Shown here one piece after another: positions 24,259-34,393 of a stretch of DNA of 64,000 nucleotides. Position numbers and translations under genes: made by a program. The stretch lies in assembly GCA_965112735.1 (NCBI GenBank), contig OZ218951.1:3162001-3226000 (forward strand). The letters run 5' to 3'. The stretch's first letter is position 1; every line of letters starts with the position of its first letter. The notes beneath the pieces are model-generated. The model saw nothing but the letters and a program-made list of their open reading frames with translations, made no database searches and was not told the DNA's origin. The DNA is from Phaeosaccion multiseriatum (taxonomy: Eukaryota > Protista > Ochrophyta, other classes).

Positions 24259-27200
24259 CCACCCCAGGTGCTGAGCATGACGGACATTGAGATTGTGGAT
24301 CAGATGCTCACTCTCTCTCACTCTCTCTCTCTCTCTCTCTTACCCACCCCAGGTGCTGAGCATGACGGACATTGAGATTGTGGATCAGTTGCTCAAGTCC
24401 TCCGAGGGGCATGTGCTTCGGACGGACGCAGATCTCAAGCAGGCCATGACGCTCCAGAGTGGGGGAACTTACGGTAAGAAGGGCCTTAGTAAGGAGCTGT
24501 GTTTCGTTAGGGTGGGTAAGCCATGTGTGTGTGGCTGTTGTGCATCTCTCCCTCTCTCTCTCTTCCTCTCTCTCTGTGTGTGTCTCTTATCTCCCTCTCT
24601 CTCCCTCTCTCTCTCTCTGTGTGTCTCTCTTATCTCCCTCTCTCTCCCTCTCATGCGACCTTACCTTCGACGGCACCATCCTCCCCCTCTTCGATCTGCC
24701 CCTCTTCCCTCTTCCCTCTTCCATCCAGGCAACTACCCCGTTATCAGTGTGTCAGTGCGCCCCCCGCAGACTCTATCGGGCTCGCACCCTCCCCCCTACG
24801 CTGCCGTTACACAAAACCATCAACCAACCGCCGGACAGGGGCAGGGCAGCGCTAACACCAGCAATACTAGCAGCAGCAGCAGCAGCAGCGGTGGAGGTAG
24901 CTCTGCCGCCTCTACAGCAGTTGGTGGTACAGCAGCGGCAGCAGTAGCGGCAGGGGCAACACCGCCAGCCCCGCCGCCCCCCTCGTGGCAAGAATGCTGC
25001 ACGAAGGCATTCTTCGGGGACAAGGCGGTGAAGCAAGTGGCGTGGGTTCTTCGCCCCCCCCGGGACCCGAGCAAGCCCAAGCCTCAGCAGCAGCCACCGC
25101 CTCCGGAGAAGGGGGACGATCCCATATTCCTGCTCTGCGAAGTTTGCGCCACCACGGGCTTCCAGGGGCAAGGAGGAGGAGGAGGAGGAGGAGGAGGAGG
25201 AGGAGGAGGAGGAGGAGCCGTCCTTAAGGTGTGGTTGAGGTTGGGATTAGGGTTCTTTCCTCCACTGATCGACGCACTGTTTGAGATGGCGTACTCCCCA
25301 TGTCTTGTCCTCCGCCTGCCCTCCCCTCGCCTTTTGTCTTTCTGTTTGCCACACTCCCCCATCCATTCTCCCCGCCTGCCTTCCCCTCGCCTTGTCTTCT
25401 ATCGCCTCTGTGCACCGACCTGACCACCACACAATCCAACTTTTCACAATCAAAACTTTTCCTGTAGGCCGGGCCGTCTGCATCTGTGACGAGTGAGCTG
25501 CCCTTTGTCTGCCAGGCAGGAGAGGCCCAGGCCAAGGGGTGAGTGAATGAGTGAGTGAGTGAGTGAGTGAGTGGGTGAGTGAATGAGTGAGTGAGTGAGT
25601 GAGTGAGTGAGTGAGTGAGTGGGTGCGTAAGTAGTGAGTGAGTGAGTGAGTGAGTGAGTGGGTGAGTGAATGAGTGAGTAAGTGAGTGAGTGAGTCGGTG
25701 AGTGAGGAAGTGAATGAGTGAGTGAGTGAGTAGGAGCTTTGCAATTGTCTTGTTCGTACACCGCTCTCTCCTCCGCTCCCTTCCACTCCCATCACACCTT
25801 TGCACGTGCCACAAGTAGACATGTTGCTCGTCCGTTCTTCCTCACAGATGCCGCTTGCCGCCTTCCGCTGCCCCCCCCCCCCACCCCTCTACTCTGATCT
25901 GCGCTTCTCTGTATCGCCAATTGCTCTGCTCTAATCACACAACTGCTCTATATCACCAACTGCTCTGTATCATCAACTGCTCTGCTTAGGCTGGGCCTGG
26001 ACTTGTTTGCGGAGCGCGTGTCAGCGGGGAGGGACCTGCTCACAGCTGACAACAACAACTCGAACGAATTCCAATCCCTCCTCAAGGCGGTGGGGGACAA
26101 GGCAGACAGACTGGCAGGCCATCCACAGCAGCAGCAGCAGCAGCAGCAGCAGTTCGAGCAACGCGTGAACAACGGTGTGTCCAATATTCTGCGGTACGAG
26201 GATGGGGATCTGCAGAGGCGGGCCAGGGACGTCATGCCCGAGGGGGGCGCAGGTATAAGGCAGGAGGCGGCGGAGAGAAGAGCGATGGACCCGGCCATTT
26301 CGGAGGTACGGGGAGGGGGGGAGAGAGAGAGAGGGAGGGAGGGAGGGAGGGAGGGAGGGAGGGAGGGAGGGAGAGAGGGAGGGAGGGAGGGAGGGAGGGA
26401 GCGAGGGGCGGAGGGAGGGAGGGAAGGAGGGAGTGAGAGAGGGAGGGAGTGAGAGAGGGAGGGAGGGAGGGAGGGAGGGAGTGAGAGAGGGAGGGAGGGA
26501 GGGGCGGAGGGAGGGTGCCTCCATTCCATCTACCCATGAGCTGCCATCTTATCCTCAATCTCAACCTCCATCCCAATCCGCCGCCGGATCAGCTCGCCCC
26601 ATCCATCACTCTCCCGCTTTTAAGCCAAGCTGCGTGCGCAATGCTCAGCAGAGCAAACTCCTATCTCCCTTTCTTATCTCTGCACTGTCGTCCACCTACT
26701 TATCCCATATCACTTGTCTTTTGTCTCCCTCTCTCTCACTATCCCCCCCCTCTCTCTCTCCCTCTCCCTCCCTCTCTCTCTCCCTCTCTCTCTCTCCCTC
26801 TCTCTCTCTCCCTCCCTCTCTCTCTCCCTCTCTCCCCCCCCCCCTCTCTCCCTCTCTCCCTCCCTCCTTATCACACAGGAGGAGGCTTTGACATTGGCCC
26901 TTCTCAAGTGGTTTAAGCAGGACTTCTTCAAGTGGTGTAACAAACCCCCTTGCCAGCACTGTAACGCCAAGCCCAAGGACATGCGACCCGACCGCTCCTC
27001 CCGTCAGGCGCCCTCCCCCACCCCCGAGGAAAAGCGGTACGGAGCGGGAAGGGTGGAGGTGTATGTGTGTGGGGTGTGCGACGCTTTCACACGCTTCCCC
27101 AGATACAACGACCCTGGCAAGCTGTTGGAGACGAGGAGAGGACGGTGAGTGACGGAATGAGGGAGGGAGGGAGGGAGGGAGGGAGGGAGGGAGGGTGGGA

Positions 27201-30200
27201 GAGGGGGAGAAAAATTTCGATGTGTTGCCTTCTTCCTTTTCTTGTGCTCCTTGCTTGTGCATTCCTCATCCTTTCTTCTTTCCCTTCCTTCCTACCTTCA
27301 TCGTAGTATACTAATACTAATCCTTCCTTCCTTCCTTCCTTCCTTTCTCTCCAGCTGTGGCGAGTTTGCCAACTGCTTCACATTGTGCTGCAGAGCGATG
27401 GGCCTTCAAGTTAGGTGGGTGCGATGGAACATTTAGAGTGTCAGTTTCAGCGTCACACAAAAGTACCACTCATGTCGTGTTATTGAATCCCTTCCCTCCC
27501 GCCTCCATACGCATACGGCCCTCCTCTCATCCCATCCCGCTTTGGAAACCCGCTTTCCACCCCCGTGGCCCTCTCTCCACCCTCTGCATGTCTCCGATCC
27601 GATCTGGATCATTGTGTGTCGATGTGGCAAACAAACAAACAAATGAACAAACGAACAAACAACCGAACAAACAAACAAACAAACAAACAAACGAACAAAC
27701 AAACAAACAAACGAACAAACAAACAAACGAACAAACAAACAAACAAACGAACAAACAAACAAACAAACAAACGAACGAACGAACCAAAGGTGGTGCCTAG
27801 ATCTCACAGACCACGTGTGGACGGAAGTATGGGTGCCGACCAAGAAGCAGTGGCTGCATGCAGACCCCTGCGAGAACAAACTCGACAAGGTAGGGGAAAA
27901 TGGATGGGTAGAAGGTGGGGTGGGGGATGGCAGTGGATGGATGGGGGATGGCAGTGGATGGAGGGGGTGGATGGGGGATGGCAGTGGATGGAGGGGATGG
28001 ATGGGGGATGGCAGTGGACGAGATGAGGTTCACTGGCAAAGTGTTCGGAGTGAAGTGCGCAGTACTGGCTCGTTTGAGACCCCCCTCTTCCGCCCCCCAG
28101 TCTTCCCCTTTCACCCCCCCCCCCCCTACCCCACTCCCTCTCTTCCTCTCTGTCCTCCCCCCACCCCGCCCCCCCATGTGACCGACTGACCGACCGACTG
28201 ACCGACCGAAGCCCCTGATGTACGAGAAGGGGTGGGGCAAGCGTCTGACGTACGTGCTTGCGTTCGGTATGGAAGGCGCCCTCGACGTCACTCCACGGTA
28301 AGTTAACAAGTCAGTGAGAGCCACCCTACCCCCTCCACCTATCCATCCACTGCCATCTGACCACGCCCTCGATGGCCGCCCACAGTATGTCAGTAAGCGT
28401 GTAAGAGCGTAGGGCCTAGCATCTCTCTCTCTCTCATGTGCAAAACAAAGCGAAGCAACTCAAAACGCCATAGGAGCACTTCTCTCAATGACTACTCTCT
28501 CGTCCCCTCCCTCCCTCTCTCCCTCTCTCCCTCCCTCCCTCCCTCTCTCTCTCTCCCTCCTTCCCTCCCTCTCTCCCTCCCTCCCTCTCTCTCTCTCCCT
28601 CCCTCCCCCTCTCTCCCTCTCTCTCCCTCCCTCCCTCTCCCTCCCTCCCTCCCTCTCCCTCCCTCCCTCTCCCTCCCTCCCTCTCTCTCCCTCTCTCCCT
28701 CCCTCCCTCCCTCTCTCTCCCTCCCTCTCTCTCTCCCTCCCTCCCTCTCTCTCCCTCCCTCTCTCTCCCTCCCTCCCTCTCCCTCCCTCCCTCTCTCCCT
28801 CCCTCCCTCCCTCTCTCTCTCTCTCCCTCCCTCTCTCTCTCTCCCTCCCTCTCTCTCTCTCCCTCCCTCCCTCTCTCTCCCTCTCTCTCCCTCCCCCTCT
28901 CTCCCTCCCTCTCTCTCTCCCTCCCTCCCTCCCTCTCTCTCTCTCCCTATACGTGTGGGCCTTGTCTCTCCTCCCCAAAGGTACTCTCGGCGGTGGGCGC
29001 AGGTCCTCTCAAGGCGCAACCTCGTCCCTGAGGTGTGGCTACGGAACAGACTCAAGCAGGCCACAGAGCTGCTCCTCCAAACCAAAGCAGTTGGTGATAC
29101 AGGAGCAGCGGCTGCCGAGGCTGAGATCCGAGCGCGTTTGGCCTCTGAAGCTTCTCTTCTCAAGGCAGTGACCCTGCGCAGCTATGACGACGAAGCAAGG
29201 CTATCGGAGGGCGAGCAGGAGGGGCGCCTCACGGGGGACAAGGTCAGTCAGTCCCAGAGGCAGTCAGTCAGTCAGTCAGTGAGTCAGTCGGTCAGTCAGT
29301 CAGTCAGTCAGTCAGTCGATCAGTCAGTCAGTCGATCAGTCAGTCAGTCAGTCAGTCAGTCAGTCAGTCTGGGAGTCAGTGGAGGCAGTGAGTCTGTCAG
29401 TCAGTTAGGGAGTCAGCTATTGAGCCAGTCAGCTAGTCAGTCAGTCAGTCAGTCTGTCTGTCTGTTGTGGACTAATCTTTCCTACCGAAGCCTCAAACCC
29501 TACAGGGTGGTTAGGGAAATCAGTAAAACAGTCCGTCGCTTAAGCCAGTCAGAGGCTCTGACCCGCCCTCCCCTGTTGACCGTTTGTTGCCGACATACAG
29601 GAATGGAAGGCAAGCCGCGGTGAGGACGGGGAACGCTCCTCCTCCTTAGCAGGTGGTATATCGGTCAATCTTCCCCCAGTAGAGCTCCTCGCAGGTTGGT
29701 TGTTCAGTGGTGGGTGGGTTTGTGATCTGTGATGCGCTCTTCACGTCATTGCAACGCGATGCCCAACACGTGCTGCATGCTGGATACTGAAACTGAAACT
29801 GCCACTGCCGCTGCCCGTGCCACCCCTGCATGCAGGCGCACCGCTGGCAGGCTTTGGATCGATCACCACAGTCATCGAGGTCACCTCCCCTGCCCCACCC
29901 GTTAACAACGGAGGAGGGGGAGGAGGGAGGAGGGTGGACGAGGTGCAGGTGAGGAGAGGGAAGGAAGGGAGGAAGGGAGGGAGGGAGGGAGGGAGGGAGG
30001 GAGGAAGGAAGGAAGGAAGTGAGGGAGAGAGGGAAGGAAGGAAGGAACGAAGGGAGTGAGAGAGGGACGGAGGGAGGGAGGAAGGAAGGAAGGGAGGGAG
30101 AGAGGCAAGGAAGGAAGGGAGGGAGGGAGAGAGGGACGGAGAAAGGAAGGAAGGAAGGGAGGAAGGAAGGGAGGAAGGAAGGAAGGAAGGAAGGAAGGGA

Positions 30201-33200
30201 GGAAGGGAGGGAGGGAGAGAGGGACGGAGGAAGGAAGGGAAGGAGGGAGGGAGGGAGGGAGATGGACAGAGAGACGGAGGGCTATGTCGTCGCTGCCCTT
30301 CCCGGCGGTTTGCCCCCCTCCTTCTTTCCTCACGTCATTGGATTCACGTCCTCTGCCCGCCCCCCCCCCCTCTCCCTGCTCCTCCTGCCTCGCAGCGGTG
30401 CTTGCCCTCTCTGGCCCACTGCATCCGCGTCAACGGCACCCCTGCAGCTGTCGGTGGGGTGGGCCTCAACCTGGTGGTGCTGAGCAGCTCGTCCTTGCTT
30501 CTGTCCTCAGGTGAGTCAATGGTGAAAGCGAAACGAAACACACAAGACTTCAACTCCTGTCTCTCTCTCTCTCCCCCCCTTCTCCCCCGGAGGTACTCTC
30601 TTACTCTCTCGTGTGGAGCTCCTGCCCCATACTTCCCCAACTTCACATGCTTGTGAGCCGCTCCATACTTCCTCACCTTCTACCCACCCTTCTGACTCCA
30701 CCCACGTCACCCTAGCTGAAGGCTTTCTTTCATTCCCCTCCTCTCTCTCTCCCTCCCTCCCTCTCGTCGACATCATCAGACGTGTTCAACCTGGCCTCTG
30801 GGCAGGGCTCGAAGGAGGAGGAGAGCATGTTCCAGCGACTCACCTCCCTCCCCGATGGAGCCGTCGTCGCTGTGGCGGCAGTGCCTGCCTCTGCCTCTGC
30901 CTCTGCCTCTGCCTCTGCCTCAATAGGCTGCTGTCAGCTCACCCCAAGGCTCCTGGAGGCGGTGATTCCTTTAGTAGCGGGCAGAGACAGTGACAGAGAC
31001 ACTGAGAGCAAAAGCGACAGCGCCAGTGACAGTGATGAACGAAAGGCTGTGCTGGAGGCTATAGCAGCGGCGGGAGCAGACAGCGGCCCTTGGTGTGTGT
31101 TGGGGGGGGGTGGAGCGCGGCCGTGGGCTATGGTATGCCGCAGGGAAGCCAACACCGGCAGCGCCCGCGTGGTGTCTGAGGGGCGCATGTTCAGTGGTCT
31201 TAGAAGCATTGGCGACCCCTCTGTCGACTCAAGGGTGGGGGGAGAGGGAGGAGGAGGAGGAGGAGGAGGAGGAGGAGGAGGAGGAGGAGGAGGAGGAGGA
31301 GGAGGAGGAGGAGGAGGAGGAGGGGTGGGGATGGTTGAGCTTCAGAACAGAGTCGGGGCCTCAGTGCTGGGATTGATGCCTCTGGAGGGACCGCACGAGG
31401 CAGCAGTAGCAGCAGCAGCAGCAGTTGGTGATACTGCAGCGTTAGTAGACGCTGTGCGAGGAGCCATCAAGAGCCTGGAGGTGCCAGTAGTAGGGTTTAG
31501 CACCCCCTCCTCCTCCTCCTCCTCCTCCTCCTCCTCCTCGGACTCGAGCGCCGCCCCCGTGATGGTCGCTCTCCTTGGTCCATCTTCGGTGGAGCTGCGA
31601 GAGGCTGAGGGTTGGTCCACCTACCTGTGGACACACTCCACTCTATCGCCGACCACTCCTGCTCCTACCGCTTCTGCTTGGCGATCTTTGGTCGCATCTC
31701 CAGGTGTTGGTAAGTAACTGAAGTAACTGCTCCCCCGCCCCTCCTCCTCCTCCTCCTCCTCCTCCTTCTGCTCTTTCCTGTCGGTTTGCCCTTCATTGCC
31801 TATCCTGACATTCATACCTTCTACTTCACGCCGTTCCTCTCCCCCTTCTCCCCCTTCTCTCTCTCCCCTTTCACCTCCTTCTCCTCTTTCTCCTCCTTCT
31901 CCTCCTCCTCCTCCTCCTCCTCCTCCTCCTCCTCCTCCTCCTCCTTCCTCCTCCTCCCCCTCCTCCTCCTCCTCCTCCTCCTCCTCCTCCTCCTCCTCCT
32001 CCTCCTCCCCCTTCTCCTCCTCCTCCTCTCCCCCTCCCCAGGCACCACCCACGAGGACTCTGTGCCCTTCGATGACAGCGGCCTCACTTGCCCTTCTCTC
32101 TGCGGCCTTGAGCCAAGCCTCGCCTGCTACCCTGCCCGCCGCGCCTCATCGCCTTCTCTCCCCCTCGGGGAGGAGGAGGAGGAGAAGGAGGAAGAGGATG
32201 TCCCTCTTGGGGAGGAAGGTTGGCTTGCCACGGCCTGTGTGCGCGAAGTGATTGTCTGGGCCGGGGACGAGGCCGTGAACGGGTTGCAGATCGGGTATGA
32301 CGTGATGAGCACCACCGAGGAGGAGAGCAGCACCAGCATCAGCAGCAATGATGGACAAGAGGGAGGGGAAGGTGCAGGAGAAGAGATGAGAGAGAAGGAG
32401 AAGAAGAAGAAGGCGAAGAGTGTTGTCACCAAGTTGAAGAAGATGCGGGGGCCTCAGCGCCTCGGAGACCACGGAATGTACAGGCAGGGAAGCGTGGCCA
32501 TCAGGGGAGGGGTGGCCATCACAGGGGTTACGGTCTTTGCGGGGGAGACCGTGCTGCAGGGGTTGGTCATACATACCAGCGACGGGAAGGACCACCGCTT
32601 TGGGGCGCCTGGAGGAGGAGATACGGTGGCCTGTGAGAGGCGTCTCGAAGTGCCAGAGGGGCATCGCTTTGTGGGGTTTCACGGGTGGGTGGGAGGGCAC
32701 TTGCACAGCTTGGGCATCCTTACACTCGCCCAAGGAAGCGAACATCCAGAGGTTGGCGCTGCTGTATCACCAACTGCTGAGGGTTCGGTGGCTGTGGACG
32801 CGCCTCTGCTTGGGCTTTACACGGACGATCCTGTGCGGCGCTCTGTCGGCCTCATGAGAGCAGCGGGGTGAGTGCAGGAGGGAGGGAGGGAGGGAGGGCG
32901 GGAGTAGGCTGGGAGTGAGTGAGTGAGTGAGTAAGTGAGTGAGTGAGTGAGTGGGGGAGGGAGGGAGGGGGGAGGGAGAGACGGTGAGGGAAGAAGGGAG
33001 GGAGGAGTGGACGGAAGGAAGGGGTGCCGTGTGACCGTGTGACCGTGTGACCGTGTGACCGTGTGACCGTGTGACCGTGTGACCGTGTGACCGTGTGACC
33101 GTGTGACCGTGTGGGCTGCGCTCCCTCAGCCTGTGGAGAGGGCTATAATTAGTTTTTAAGGGACTAAGGGAATTGTGCGTGTGCCTCTCGTTCCTCTCCT

Positions 33201-33799
33201 CCCCCTGTGTTTATCTCCCTGTCTCTCTCGCTGTCATCCCCCCCCCCCCTCCTCCTCCCTCTCTCCTGCTCATACCCCAATGCCCTCTCTTCCTCTCTTG
33301 TCTTGTGCATATTGCTCTATCTCTATCCCTCTCACACACGCTCCCTCGGTCCGTCTCTCCCGCACACTGTATCACCAACAGTTGCAGCAGCGCAGAGCTC
33401 CAGGCGGGGTTGCAAGTGGCCATTCGCTACGCAGAGAACATTCTCAAACATCCACAGAACCCCAAGTTCCGCCGAATCCGCCTCTGCAGGGGTAACTTCT
33501 ACGACCGCCAACTTGGCCGCTTCAACGGGTCGGGTCTGCTCATGGCCCAGCTCGGCTTCGGGGTGAGGGTACAGCAGTTAGTCGTACAACAACCTCAGCA
33601 GCAGCAGCAGCAACAAGTGGGTGGGGCTGGAGCTGGAGGCGGGGCTACTCCCTCCTCCTCGTCTTGTTGCTCGGAGATGGTACTGGTGTTGGAGGATGAC
33701 GCGTCTCTCTCACGCCTCAAGGCCCACAAGGACAGCCTACAGAGCCTGGCACAGAGCCTGGCACAGAGCCTGGCACAGGGGCTGGCACAGAGTCTATAG
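22457..33799 (+). CDS. PNG1: Peptide:N-glycanase (NGLY1/PNG1 family) with thioredoxin, UBL, UBR-box-like, ILEI-like, jacalin and PUB modules; multi-exon
   Basis: Core: [80 protein letters not shown] (Cys-His-Asp triad intact). The N-terminus is MREVGPDNFWEVCRGP|GLVVVDFTATWCGPC; C-terminal PUB is NILKHPQNPKFRRIR...LGF. Confidence 0.9.
33028..33112. repeat. 8-bp tandem repeat (CCGTGTGA)n, intronic
   Basis: About 10 perfect units. Confidence 0.9.
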
Positions 33800-33978
33800 G
33801 GACTGGCACAGGGGCTGGCACAGGGGCTGGCACAGAGTCTATAGGGGCTGGCACAGAGTCTATAGGGGCTGGTACAGAGTCTGGCACAGAGCCTGGCACA
33901 GAGCCTGGCACAGAGCCTGGCACAGAGTCTATAGGGACTGGCACAGGGGCTGACACAGAGTCGGGGCACAGAGTCTGG
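33739..33978. repeat. 12/21-bp minisatellite (CTGGCACAGAGC and variants) spanning the PNGase stop codon
   Basis: Encodes QSLA/QGLA repeats and continues past the TAG; CAGAGTCTATAGGG recurs 4 times. Confidence 0.85.
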
Positions 33979-34293
33979 GCTCGGCGTAGGAGGAGCCGTA
34001 CAGGGAAGCGGCAAGCGCTCGCTTCTCTTTTTGTCTCAGCTGCGCCATGATACTTTGCATTGGGCACTGGCATGACACTCTCTGCAATACCCGCTTCACT
34101 ATCGCTCCAGCTATGTACCGAAGGGAAGGGGAGGGGGCTACTTTATTGACTCATAGGAATCAACGTAAGGATTGCGTAAGGATTACGTATGCGTGTGTGT
34201 GTGGTGTGTGTGGGGCAGAGAAGGGCGGGCAGGGACTGAAAAGTGGCCCCGCGCATTGCCGTGTTGTATGGCCATAAAGCCACAGACTTGTTC

Positions 34294-34330
34294 GGGCGAT
34301 TTGAGCGATTCTTAATACGCAAATCGAGTG
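34294..34330. mobile_element. Solo copy of the TIR of the 6071-6312 element
   Basis: GGGCGATTTGAGCGATTCTTAATACGCAAATCGAGTG matches 6278-6311 with a 3-bp insertion and 2 substitutions. Confidence 0.65.
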
Positions 34331-34393
34331 CTATAAAAATTGAGCACGATTGTCCCGTCTACCTCAAGCCAGTTACGAATCACCAACTGTGAG

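Noticed and set aside
3046-33799. Functional glycan-processing cluster (GH5 plus PNGase)
   Set aside because: The two act in different compartments and pathways and are separated by unrelated genes, so there is no evidence of a cluster.
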